A stretch of DNA of 64,000 nucleotides from positions 20,398,001-20,462,000 of the forward strand of contig NC_079165.1 in the NCBI RefSeq assembly GCF_947568905.1, read 5' to 3'. Positions 52,419-64,000 of this stretch are shown here, piece by piece. Position numbers and translations under genes: made by a program. The number at the start of each line of letters is the position of its first letter. Position 1 is the first letter of the stretch. The notes under the pieces are model-generated. The model saw only the letters and a list, made by a program, of their open reading frames with translations. It was not told the origin of the DNA and did no database searches. This DNA is from Ostrea edulis. Its lineage: Eukaryota.

Positions 52419-55400
52419 AGCTGTTGTCCGAGGACACAGTCTATAACTGTTTTGTTACACACCTTCATATTTTTAGGCTGTTTTTACTAGATGCACACGG
52501 TTTTTTGACTTTGAACAGGACAGTGTGATTGTTATCATTTATCACCGTATCCACTAGTTTAAAAGAAAATATATCCAATATCCTAATTATTAATATTATA
52601 GGGTTATTGAACTTATATTGGTGAATATTGGCACGAGTTGGCTGTAAAAATGCACGAGCTTGCGAGTGCCTTTTGACAGCCAACAAGTGCCAGTATTCAC
52701 CAATATATGTCCAATAACCCTTTTATTATATCGCTAAAGTCTTTAGTTGTTAAATTATATTCCTTTTCACTCAAACTACTCCAAAATAGACGAGAATTAA
52801 TCAATATTGGCATCTAAGGTGAAGGTGTGCAATAACAGCATGCATTTCTTAACTGTTTAATATTTAACCCGTCATTAATGCGTGAAGCAACTGCCTTTGT
52901 AAATGGGGACATCATAATTTATGTACAGTAAAACATTTTGCTTTAGTAAATATTAAATACCGGCTCTGTCAGATTCGGAGGACCGTCGTCTGCCATTTTG
53001 GCTTGTTTACGTCGTTACGGTAACGTCAATATTAAACACTCATACTCGGAATGTTTCGGGCGTATACAATTTACGCAATGCAAAGTTAGCGTTCAATAAA
53101 TTCTCAGGATATTGAACGCTAACATTCTCTAGATTTTACGCAGATTTTATTTTAAACTATTTATTAGCTATATAATAATAACAGTTACCGTGTTTCACAG
53201 TTTATTGTGTTTCAGCTCTGGTTCATCTACAATCTGATTAAAATACAGATCTCTCATGTAGCGCACAGTGCAGAGAGATCTGACAACAACCCATAGAGGG
53301 TCATGTTCTGTGACGTAAAGATCACCTCAATAATTTGCATAAAAGTTACTTTCGAATTGCGTATAGCGAGAGAAGATGGCGTCAAAATCAAGCGTGGCTG
53401 ATGCATTTGAGAAAGTTAAAGGATTATTTGGAATAGAGAAACTGAAAGAAGAGCAATTGGATAGTTTTACAACGCTGGCGTGTTTCCGATAGCATTACAT
53501 CATAAACTTTCTGATTGTGGTAAGCTCAGATCTGATTGGCTAAAACAAAGGTAATATTTACGTCACAGAACATGACCCTCTATGGGTCGTTGTCAGATCT
53601 CTCTGCGCTGTGCGCTTTATGAGAGATCTGTATTTTAATCAGATTGGTTCATCTAGTAAATTCTGTACTTCATCACCAGTTAAATCAGTGAACCTCGCCA
53701 TTGTATAAACCAGCAGACCAAAACTCATGTGATTTGTGAAGCCAATAGAAATAAGGTAGACTATTGGGATCAACTCCAGTATACGGACAAATAATCCACA
53801 TGTAGTGTAGTATTAAGCAGTAATTCACCCTGTGTTATGGTTGACAGGTCGACGGTTCATATATTTGTCAACGGTTGATAGGTCGACAGTTCATATAATT
53901 GCCAATGGTTGACAGGTCAACAGTTCATACAATTGGCCGCAGTTGACAGGTTGACAGTTGACACTTCAAAATTTTGTCAATGGTAGACAGTTCACAATTC
54001 ATATATTTGTCAATGGTTGACAGGTCGACAGTAAAGCGTCAACTTACCCTCCTCTAGTGACACCTGGAGAAGTGCTAACGGTCGACTTGTCAACCTATAG
54101 TGATACATGGGAAAGTGTCAACTGTCGACCGTCAACCTAAATCATAAAAAGTTTCCATTGCAGACAAAAGCAGCGATTACAACAATAATTGCGTATTAAT
54201 TCATAACAAAAAAATTTAACATGAACTATTTGTCCATATACTACTGTTGAGCCGACTAGGATCAACTCTAGTATACAGACAAATAGTCCACATGTTTGAC
54301 CAGTCATGTGAGAGTTGGTTTAACAAGTTGATTCTAAATCATGATGAAAACATATAGAAAATAAATTAAGGTATACAATAAAAAATAAATATTGACTTAT
54401 CATAAGCCAGTCAGAATTACTAACATCTTTAAAAAATATATATAAACATTGTATACACACACACAGACAATATTCAATTTACCATTTTTGAAATTCTTTC
54501 CGTGTCCACTCAAATTTATGGTCAAAGTGTCTAAATCTGAGCTTTCCTGGAAAGAGGGTGTTGAATTCAAAGTTTGGGGTGGTGACTATTACCAGGAAAG
54601 GATGAAGACGACCAAACACAGCGTCTTCAACCTTTACTAAAATGTCTGGAACTAGGTGTTCTATGCTGTAAAAATTAAATATTTTTTTAATTATCATAGT
54701 GCAATCATGTTAAAATAGAGAGAGATTGGCATACAAAGATCTCTAGCCAAAATAAATAATACAAACATTAATAAACAACAATAATATATCATAACATTTT
54801 CTTACAACTCAACCATGGAGACAGCATCACATCCTGTAACCCTCTGATCCAAATTTACTGCACTTCCCTCGTAAATTTCAATACTTAGTGGATTCTTCCG
54901 CTTGAATATGTAATCTGATGCGTGGGGTTTGATGCAATTTTTATGGAATTCTAACGTCTCTCTGTCAATGTCAACCAGCTGCACCTTTCGCAGGGTTGGT
55001 ACTTCTCTATAAAACCTGACGATTCCACACTCGGAGCAACCAAAATCTACCACCTGAAATCAAAAAGACATGGGCTCTATAGGGTGTCTCCTGTGTGGTC
55101 ACTATTTACTATTTTCTGTCAATTTTAATGTCAGATGCAATTAATAAAATAACACAAATTTTATGGGTTTTTTTGGAATAGAATGCAAGCTCTCCAAATA
55201 AAAGTAACAATAAATCAAATGATCTTGTCATTTATTTCTCTGAGAGTGAAAAAAATAACTTCTTTTTTTTATTGTTTATTAATTTTTTTCTAAACAAGCA
55301 ACCATGATTTTCATCAAATTTTAAAATCTTATGGAAGGGTGTTGGGGGTAGAGGATGCACCTTCCTTATATATGCCACTGATATCTGAAAGACCCATGAT

Positions 55401-56675
55401 TGCAGAGCGCTTGGCAAAGGAGCAATCACTAAACTGTACCTATCTTAATTACATCTTGGGTTTGACGCAACCATGGCATGAGCGGGGCTTGAACTCATGA
55501 CCTCACTGTTATGAAACGAATCCTCTACCAATGAACATCGCACCAATAATGGAACATGATTTAATTAGAATCTGGGCCGAAGTGTCCAACTTTTGGGTTG
55601 AAACGTCCGACTACCATGTGATGATCGTTGTAGAGAATAAAGATAATTTAAAGACAATTTACACCACGATAATTAGTTTTGTTTTAGTGAATATAAATAT
55701 TGCATGCACAGCATGGTATTTTCATCAAAAGTACTATGTTGTTATTACTGGGAGTGTTTTTCAAACATTGATGCATTTGAGTGCTTTATTCAATCAGATG
55801 TTTCTGAAAATTTCGTACAGAAAATGTACAGATTTTTTCATTTCAGCACTATTTTTTCTTATTTTCATTAAAATATAAATACAAAACCCAAAGACCAGGC
55901 TTGGTCCATAGAATGTTTTTCTATTTTCTGCAGGACAGCAAATTTTATCCCTAAAGGGTTTCAGTTCTACTACCACAACTTGTCCACAAGAGGATGCAGA
56001 TTTATAATTCTTCCGATGTGTCCTCTTAACTTTGTTAAACGGCTGCTCATCATTAACAGTAAGAGAATACATTTCTTAAATGGACATGCATAGGCCTAGT
56101 CTAAATCCACATATTGGCTACTAATCTCAGCAAGATTTGTCGAGGCTGGTTATATTTAGACTGACGTCGATCCAAATATCCAGCCTCAACAAATCTCGCT
56201 GAGATTAGTAGGCTATACGTCTGTACATAATCTCAGCAAGATTCGTCGAGGCTGGATAACTGGACTGAAGAGGCTTCAGTCCAAATATCCAGCCTCGACA
56301 AATTTCGCTGAGATTAGCCTGTCCACTTCTCTAAACTAGAACAGAAGTAAAGCCTATAATAAACGATTTTCTGTTACGATGAAAGGTCACTCGCGCATCA
56401 TCTAGTTCAGATATTGATATTATTAAAAACAATAAAACATCAAAGGATTATCGCTCACAAAACATTAGTATATACATTATACATACCCATTCCACGTTAT
56501 GCTTTTCCAAGATATTTGCAGTATATGAATACCGTTGCATGTATAGTGGTGGGTAAAACCTCACATCTCTTCCTAGACTGTTCTCATCTTCTAATTTTCC
56601 TTTTCGTTCATCTGGATTTAGTGTATCCGGCTCTTTTTCAGTAAATATATCTTGTTCAACGAGATTCACCGACAT
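45830..56675 (-). CDS. HENMT1: Small RNA 2'-O-methyltransferase (HEN1), 397 aa; exons 56675-56487, 55053-54806, 54665-54483, 52024-51859, 50275-50058, 46019-45830
   Basis: Six exons with matching phases (0,2,2,0,2) sum to 1194 nt. Diagnostic motifs: FYPPLYMQRY (FXPP), VVDFGCSEC (SAM-binding), VDID, IEHL, TTPNFEFN and RHFDHKFEWTRKEFQKW, followed by an acidic C-terminal tail. Confidence 0.95.
46027..46665. mobile_element. HINE/DINE-1-like non-autonomous Helentron with ~140-bp internal repeats
   Basis: One end is aaacaagaggtactgtgagcaatgctcactaagaatac (shared with 48061). The other end has a (GACA/GACG)n microsatellite and a short inverted repeat. Confidence 0.6.
47230..47842. mobile_element. 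Helitron/Helentron-like element carrying Cg170-like units
   Basis: Contains gatttgtgccaagtttgattgaaattgacccaatggttcttgagaa units and ends aaaactcacttgatgtttcagctcaggtgagctaaaaa with a terminal hairpin. Confidence 0.6.
48061..49950. mobile_element. HINE-like element interrupted by the TIR element at 48583-49783
   Basis: Same terminus as 46027. Its internal repeat (catc.tctcatggtgat) resumes at 49784, and a (GACA)n microsatellite lies at about 49865-49912. Confidence 0.65.
48583..49783. mobile_element. 1201-bp non-autonomous TIR transposon with a 6-bp target-site duplication (superfamily unassigned)
   Basis: 16-bp perfect TIR CATACATGCCAACTTT / AAAGTTGGCATGTATG. CTCATG is duplicated at 48577-48582 and 49784-49789. 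Confidence 0.85.
50338..50840. repeat. 28-bp minisatellite (CCTATAATAAAATGAATCTCAAACACAT), about 18 copies, in a HENMT1 intron
   Basis: Period read directly (ataataaaat at 50341 and 50369). Confidence 0.95.
51409..51590. repeat. 46-bp tandem repeat x4
   Basis: atggattttgattagg starts at 51409, 51455, 51501 and 51547. Confidence 0.9.
52328..52441. repeat. Long imperfect palindrome (non-autonomous element, possibly Crypton-like)
   Basis: gactgggtcggaggacaacag...ggatctgt / acagatcc...ctgttgtccgaggacacagtc. Confidence 0.55.
52600..52721. repeat. Long imperfect palindrome (non-autonomous element, possibly Crypton-like)
   Basis: agggttattg...atattggtgaatattggcac...gtgccagtattcaccaatat...caataaccct. 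Confidence 0.55.
53230..53646 (+). mobile_element. Internally deleted AcademH-like DNA transposon (417 bp) with long TIRs, a 9-bp TSD and a RecQ-like helicase N-terminal remnant
   Basis: TIRs of about 90 bp (caatctgattaaaatacagatctctc... / ...gagagatctgtattttaatcagattg). GTTCATCTA is duplicated at 53221-53229 and 53647-53655. An internal ATG at 53376 reads MASKSSVADAFEKVKGLFGIEKLKEEQLDSFTTL. Confidence 0.75.
56118..56316. repeat. Two adjacent ~90-bp fold-back palindromes (MITE-like) in HENMT1 intron 1
   Basis: ctactaatctcagc...gctgagattagtag (56118-56211) and taatctcagc...gctgagatta (56228-56316). Confidence 0.8.
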
Positions 56676-58232
56676 TGTACAAAGATGGTGAAATGAAAGT
56701 GAAAGTAGATAATTTAAAACAAAAAATCCGATGAGTTCCGATTATTGTTTACAAGTTGTCATGCGATAAACTATAGCTATACTGTCAACAACAGTCACCT
56801 ACGGATAACACCGTGTAAGTAATGACTTTCATGTATTTTTTGCATTTCACAATATTCTGCTTAATTTTGTTTAGAATCTTTTTAATGGTGTTGTTGGGGT
56901 GTGTGGGGTTTTTTTTTTTTTTTCCCCGTGGTGGGACTTTACGTTAATCCGAATGATCTCAGTACAAGAAACTTTAGAACAGTTACGACTTGTCATATCA
57001 TATTTAACACTGGGATTTCTTAAAATATATTTATATTCTGCAACTACCCTATGTACTAAAAGGTAAGAAACTAAAGATATATTCGGTTGATGCTCCGCAG
57101 GCATTGCTCGTGTTTTTCAGAGTTTAATGACGTCAGAGACGCAACCGCCAACGCAAGACTTCGCTGGTTATAAATATGAGAAATTTACCGTAGGTAAAAT
57201 CTTATTTGATTTGATATTATTGTGTTGCAGGGTTTACAAGCAAAATAGGATAAAGAGCGTAAACTGGGACCTATCGTATTAAATATTTAAACTGTTATCT
57301 TAAAATAGAAAAAAAAAAATGTTTTTATAAAACGGATTTGATGTAGATCTATCAAACTAGTATGAAGAAAATATAAATTTTTCATGATGTACAGCAGTAT
57401 TTTCGTAGCAACAAACTGAATATGGAGGAGCCAAATACATTGTGGCTTAACAGCAGAATTTTGATAATTAATGTAAAATAAATTCCAATGAAAAGCTTTA
57501 TATAAGTGAAATTAATTTAAAGGATAAACACATACAACAAAGTTAACTGTATACAGCTGATATAGTAAATGTAACAACAATGCAGTTTCATGGTCAATGA
57601 ACATGCAGAATAACATTATGGGAAAGGAAAAATTTTATGGTAGAACCGAACCGAACCAGGGATCCCAGTGCTTTACTAGATAGATGCTCTATATCCACTT
57701 AGCTATCCAAGCCAATATATCCACAGCCCAGTCAGCCCAAACATGTGTGCGACTTCTTCCTCCCTCTGTAAATTGTTAAATTATCTTCCCACTCAAAATC
57801 ATAAATCCCAAATTCCCAGGGAGGGGGGGGGGGACTTATTTTGGAAACATACATCTGTACCCACTATATATGACAATCATGGCTTATAATTGTGACTTCA
57901 CAATTATGATGGTAACATACAGAGGCAATCATAACATTACTCAGCCTATAGACAGGAAATGCTGAATGATGTTCCCATTAGTACAGTGACTGTAAATAAG
58001 CAGTTTTAGTACAGGGTATAGGGGTCCCCTTATGAATTATAACAGAGAATGGACTACAGATGCATCCATCATTTTATCATGTTCTTTAATAAAATGATTT
58101 ATAGTTTTAGAAGGTACAGTTATGGCCATAAATGAGTTATCATTTCATTTTTTCACTATATATTTCATTGAAAAATCCACTTTTATAAACACTTACGGTA
58201 TTGTGAGGTGACAATATCAATTCAATTTCCTT

Positions 58233-58268
<36 letters not shown>

Positions 58269-59704
58269 TAATTATGCAAAATTGTTCAAATTTTCTTTTC
58301 TTAGAATGCTCAGCAAGTTGTGATACATTTTTCATCTATCAAATTCCTAACCTCAAAATACTACAATTTATTACCAACTTTGTGCTGTAAAATTTCAATT
58401 TCACATTTGAGGGGTAATTAATTAACACCACAACACCTACAGATCAACTTATTTTGAAATTACGTGAAGAAACTACAAACAATTTTGCATTTTATGATAT
58501 TTAAATAGGAATATGCATCGGATCGTTTTGTGGTGTTTTGTTATTTGATCAAACATTCCGTTATCAATTGAAAATATTTTATCAGTACTTTAAAAATTGT
58601 ATTATTCAATAAATTATATAGGATAAATTAGCAGTGCAGAAATACATTTGACCTTCTTAGATCCGCGCCGTATACTCTGCGTAAGATGATCTGACATAAC
58701 CTGACTAGAGGTCATGTTCATGTGAACTTTATGTTAGCCAATCAGCATGTCGCCTATGAAATCATCGGTGTTTACAATTCAAGGAAAATTACTGCGATTG
58801 TTTGGTTTGAAAGAAAACACATCTCAGCTAGATGTGACGTCACAATGCACCGTTTACGTCGACTGGTGTTATATTCCTCGCATTAATTAAGTAAACATCT
58901 TGAAAACTATTCAAATCGTACCATACTATTCATACATAAATCGCAATTCACAATCAATTTAATCTAGGTGTATTTTACATCGTACGTTTTGTTGTTTGTA
59001 TGGATGGAATAGATTAGGCATTACTGCGAAAGTTTAAAATTCCTTATATTAGAATACACAATTTTATAGTGTGGAATAAACTTTGTGGGAGAGAGATTAC
59101 TGCAACTTGTTTACGAATTGCCAGGAACCGCCTAAATAGCCATCATTGTCTGTATGGCGCAATCTGACAGGCTGATAGTTCTCATGAATATTTAAAGCAA
59201 AAGGTCATGTGGACATGACCCCCTATGGGGTTATGTCAGATCCTATTGTATAGTGATTGTGAGCGTATTTTAGGATATGATTTTAATTAGATTGCATTCA
59301 AATGTCAAATAAGTGATGCAAATTTTGACATGTATTGGAAAGCGTAACCAGCAATGTGCCATGATATTGCAAATGATTGAATGTTTTATAAAAACAATGG
59401 AACTATATAACTCATTTTAGGTATGAATGCATTTTGTTTTCCTAAATTCATTCAGTTTTTAAAATCAAATTATCATAGCCCTCTTTGTGAACAGGACAAG
59501 ATAGTTTATTAGTTTAGGATGAGGATATCATAATTTTAAATTAATTATCAAACCTTGAATATTGATATCTGTGGAAGTCATGCAGCTTGGTTGTGATGTT
59601 TGGAGAGACAAATATTCAGTAAATATTAAAGTTTTATTTTGAGTAAGTCAATATTGAGGTGTTGTTCTATTCAACAGATAGACTTTGTTGAGATGACCTG
59701 AAAA

Positions 59705-59890
59705 ATGTCTTCTCCAAAAAGACAGCTTTCAAAGGGATTATCCAATAATAAATGGATGAAACTATGGAAAAAATGGCAAAGAAAGGATGTTACCTTGGTG
59801 AATGAAAATCACCGCCGCCACAGTGCCCTGGAGTGCATCAGGGAGGGAATCCGGGACTTGTTTGACAAACATCCAGAGCTGGGGATTAAG
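59705..59890 (+). CDS. First coding exon of an unidentified gene divergent from HENMT1 (MSSPKRQLSK...FDKHPELGIK); downstream exons not found in the window
   Basis: The acceptor ttcaacag at about 59670 precedes aaaaATG. 62 codons of non-repetitive sequence end at AAG|GTAATG. Confidence 0.6.
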
Positions 59891-60447
59891 GTAATGATTG
59901 GAATCCTATCATACTTTGTAACAGAGCTGGGGATTAAGGTAATGATTGGAATCCTATCATACTTTGAAACAGAGCTGGGGATTAAGGTAATGATTGGAAT
60001 CCTATCATACTTTGTAACAGAGCTGGGGATTAAGGTAATGATTGGAATCCTATCATACTTTGTAACAGAGCTGGGGATTAAGGTAATGATTGGAATCCTA
60101 TCATACTTTGTAACAGAGCTGGGGATTAAGGTAATGATTGGAATCCTATCATACTCTGTAACAGAGCTGGGGATTAAGGTAATGATTGGAATCCTATCAT
60201 ACTCTGTAACAGAGCTGGGGGTTAAGGTAATGATTGGAATCCTATCATACTCTGTAACAGAGCTGGGGATTAAGGTAATGATTGGAATCATACTCTGTAA
60301 CAGAGCTGGGGGTTAAGGTAATGATTGGAATCCTATCATACTTTGTAACAGAGCTGGGGATTAAGGTAATGATTGGAATCCTATCATACTTTGTAACAGA
60401 GCTGGGGATTAAGGTAATGATTGGAATCCTATCATACTTTGTAACAG
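59874..60447. repeat. 48-bp tandem repeat x12, each unit containing AAG|GTAATG
   Basis: GT donors at 59891, 59939, 59987, 60035, 60083, 60131, 60179, 60227, 60275, 60318, 60366 and 60414. One unit is 5 bp short. Confidence 0.95.
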
Positions 60448-61129
60448 GTATAACCTGTGGGTGTCCATTTTTTTGGTGGAAGTTTGCGGATAGGAAAAAT
60501 CTGCAAAAATTAGAATTGCAAAATATAGTACAGTGTATTATACATACTGATAAATATAATGCAACTGCAGAAATTGGAAACGCAGACTATGGATGAAATC
60601 ACAAAAGTTTCCAACCGCAGAAAATACCCTGTATATGGCATTTTGTGGGAGCCTAATTTTTGTGGATTCCTTGGGTCCACATATCCTTTGAATTTCAAAC
60701 CATTAACATGAAATACACAATTTATATTATGTTTGAAAACTTTCTTGACAATCCACAAGAATTGGCTCCTATCAATTTTAAATGATCCTACAGCATGTCA
60801 ATGTTGTTGCCTATACTCTAGCAACAGCTAAAGATATCAGACCTGGGTGCATCTGTTCCAGGGACAGATTCAGAAAGTTTTGAATGGGGGAGGTTCTATC
60901 ATTAATTTTGGTTTTCAAAGGGGGGGGGGGGGTTCCACCCTCAAAATGCGTTATTTTTACCTTTTTATCAAAATTTTCTGACAAAAGGGGGAGGGAGGTT
61001 CCAACCCCTGGAACCAACACACACACACACACCCCGGATCTGCCACTGTGTTCGTCTGTCTTTTGGGTCATCTGCCTGTCTGTTTGGGTTCAGAATAATC
61101 TATTATAATATGGCGATCAGACGGAGTTG

Positions 61130-61225
61130 ATCGCCGGTGGCCAGATAACTCGGTTGGTAGAGCACTTGAATAGGGGGCCCGGCCTCATGGGTTCGAATCC
61201 CAGTCTGATCCATTGCATTTTCTTC
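61130..61225 (+). mobile_element. tRNA-derived SINE head (second partial head at about 61365-61400)
   Basis: A-box-like ataactcggttggtagagc and B-box gggttcgaatccc, with no acceptor stem. Confidence 0.55.
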
Positions 61226-61539
61226 CTGCCTCTTACATTTGGTGGCGTAGACCAACCCTTGGAACTGAAAGGTGAAAATGCCTGCCAGGGGAAATCCTGG
61301 GCTGATTTCAGATCAAGGTGTGAAGACATTTAACGAGGGAGGAATGTGGCAGTCAGACGAGTTTGATTGCTGGTAGCCAGTTAGCTCAGTTGATAAGTTG
61401 ATAGAGATGAGTGATGTTTAAAACTGTGCCAACATATTCATCGGCAAATTGACAGCATGATTGGAAATGATCAATTTTGATGGCGGTGCTCATAAGTCTT
61501 GAGTATATTTCCTACACTCAATAGTAGTTGGTTCACAGT

Positions 61540-63720
61540 AGATTTATAGATATTCAATTGCTGCAGCTTTAGATTCCTGTAGATTTATACAGATATTCAA
61601 TTGCTGCAGCTTTAGATTCCTGTAGATTTATACAGATATTCAATTGCTGCAGCTTAAGATTCCTGTAGATTTATACAGATATTCAATTGCTGCAGCTTTA
61701 GATTCCTGTAGATTTATACAGATATTCAATTACTGCAGCTTTAGATTCTTGTAGATTTATATAGATATTCAATTGCTGCAGCTTTAGATTCATGTAGATT
61801 TATACAGATATTCAATTGCTGCAGCTTTAGATTCCTGTAGATTTATATAGATATTTAATTGCTGCAGCTTTAGATTCTTGTAGATTTATATAGATATTCA
61901 ATATTGCTGCAGCTTTAGATTCCTGTAGATTTATACAGATATTCAATTACTGCAGCTTTAGATTCTTGTAGATTTATACAGATATTCAATTACTGCAGCT
62001 TTAGATTCTTGTAGATTTATATAGATATTCAATTGCTGCAGCTTTAGATTCCTGTAGATTTATACAGATATTCAATTGCTGCAGCTTTAGATTCCTGTAG
62101 ATTTATATAGATATTTAATTGCTGCAGCTTTAGATTCCTGTAGATTTATATAGATATTCAATATTGCTGCAGCTTTAGATTCCTGTAGATTTATATAGAT
62201 ATTCAATATTGCTGCAGCTTTAGATTCCTGTAGATTTATACAGATATTCAATTACTGCAGCTTTGGATTCCTGTAGATTTATATAGATATTTAATTGCTG
62301 CAGCTTTAGATTCCTGTAGATTTATATAGATATTCAATATTGCTGCAGCTTTAGATTCCTGTAGATTTATATAGATATTCAATATTGCTGCAGCTTTAGA
62401 TTCTTGTAGATTTATACAGATATTCAATTACTGCAGCTTTAGATTCTTGTAGATTTATATAGATATTCAATATTGCTGCAGCTTTAGATTCCTGTAGATT
62501 TATACAGATATTCAATTACTGCAGCTTTAGATTCCTGTAGATTTATACAGATATTCAATTACTGCAGCTTTAGATTCTTGTAGATCTATATAGATATTCA
62601 ATTGCTGCAGCTTTAGATTCATGTAGATTTATACAGATATTCAATTGCTGCAGCTTTAGATTCCTGTAGATTTATATAGATATTTAATTGCTGCAGCTTT
62701 AGATTCTTGTAGATTTATATAGATATTCAATATTGCTGCAGCTTTAGATTCCTGTAGATTTATACAGATATTCAATTACTGCAGCTTTAGATTCTTGTAG
62801 ATTTATACAGATATTCAATTACTGCAGCTTTAGATTCTTGTAGATTTATATAGATATTCAATTGCTGCAGCTTTAGATTCCTGTAGATTTATACAGATAT
62901 TCAATTGCTGCAGCTTTAGATTCCTGTAGATTTATATAGATATTTAATTGCTGCAGCTTTAGATTCCTGTAGATTTATATAGATATTCAATATTGCTGCA
63001 GCTTTAGATTCCTGTAGATTTATATAGATATTCAATATTGCTGCAGCTTTAGATTCCTGTAGATTTATACAGATATTCAATTACTGCAGCTTTGGATTCC
63101 TGTAGATTTATATAGATATTTAATTGCTGCAGCTTTAGATTCCTGTAGATTTATATAGATATTCAATATTGCTGCAGCTTTAGATTCCTGTAGATTTATA
63201 TAGATATTCAATATTGCTGTAGCTTTAGATTCCTGTAGATTTATACAGATATTCAATTACTGCAGCTTTAGATTCCTGTAGATTTATATAGATATTTAAT
63301 TGCTGCAGCTTTAGATTCCTGTAGATTTATATAGATATTCAATTGCTGCAGCTTTAGATTCCTGTAGATTTATATAGATATTTAATTGCTGCAGCTTTAG
63401 ATTCCGGTAGATTTATATAGATATTCAATTGCTGCAGCTTTAGATTCCGGTAGATTTATACAGATATTCAATTGCTGCAGCTTTAGATTCCTGTAGATTT
63501 ATATAGATATTTAATTGCTGCAGCTTTAGATTCCTGTAGATTTATATAGATATTCAATTGCTGCAGCTTTAGATTCCTGTAGATTTATATAGATATTTAA
63601 TTGCTGCAGCTTTAGATTCCTGTAGATTTATATAGATATTCAATATTGCTGCAGCTTTAGATTCCTGTAGATTTATACAGATATTCAATTGCTGCAGCTT
63701 TAGATTCCGGTAGATTTATA
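61540..63720. repeat. 43/45-bp satellite (GATATTCAATTGCTGCAGCTTTAGATTCCTGTAGATTTATACA), about 50 monomers
   Basis: Period read directly (ctgcagc at 61561 and 61604). 45-bp variants contain aatattg. Confidence 0.97.
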
Positions 63721-63745
63721 TGAAATTAAATACATGGATATAACA

Positions 63746-63968
63746 TACTGTGGAATCCTCATTGTTCGTGGGGGATTGATGTTCGTGGATTTCCGTGGGT
63801 CATTCTTACCAATGAATTTACGTGTCCTCAAACATTTTTTAAACGAAGTAGTGTTATCTCTCCTAGTGACATCGTATCGCTTACCCACGAAATTACGTCC
63901 CCACGAACTAGCAAAATTTTGCTTACCCACAAACATTGACCCCCACGAAATAAAATTATTCCACAATA
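63746..63968. mobile_element. Tc1/mariner-like MITE with TA flanks
   Basis: TA-ctgtggaat ... attccacaa-TA, with internal cccacgaa repeats. Confidence 0.55.
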
Positions 63969-64000
63969 GTTGTCTGAATGCATTCAATATTGAATTTGTC

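Noticed and set aside
57128-57135. Perfect CRE site TGACGTCA between HENMT1 and the divergent gene
   Set aside because: The same octamer occurs several times in repeats in this window, so it is not informative without TSS data.
59809-60596. 160-aa antisense and 104-aa sense repetitive ORFs
   Set aside because: Products of the 48-bp array, not independent genes.

Overview
Eukaryotic, AT-rich, repeat-dense genomic DNA with spliceosomal introns, most likely from an oyster (Ostreidae), judged from Cg170-like satellite, HINE-like and Naiad-type Penelope repeats recognised from memory. Eight protein-coding loci were reconstructed by hand from GT-AG junctions with matching phases: the 3' part of a cyclic-nucleotide-binding-domain gene (+), a complete FAM166/CIMIP2-like gene (-), two orphan genes sharing an IVxRLxRPT motif, two near-identical copies of a 3-exon gene, a complete HENMT1 (-), and the first coding exon of an unidentified gene (+). 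The best candidate for an undescribed system is the duplicated 476-aa gene. It fuses a vWA (MIDAS) domain, a basic linker and a C-terminal domain resembling the GIY-YIG-like domain of plant EFFECTOR OF TRANSCRIPTION proteins, and it lies in a ~5.03-kb tandem duplication with a (TG)n tract at all three junctions. Two tandem arrays have amplified functional gene boundaries: the HENMT1 stop codon (7 x 54 bp) and a splice donor (12 x 48 bp). All family assignments come from motif recognition, not database searches.
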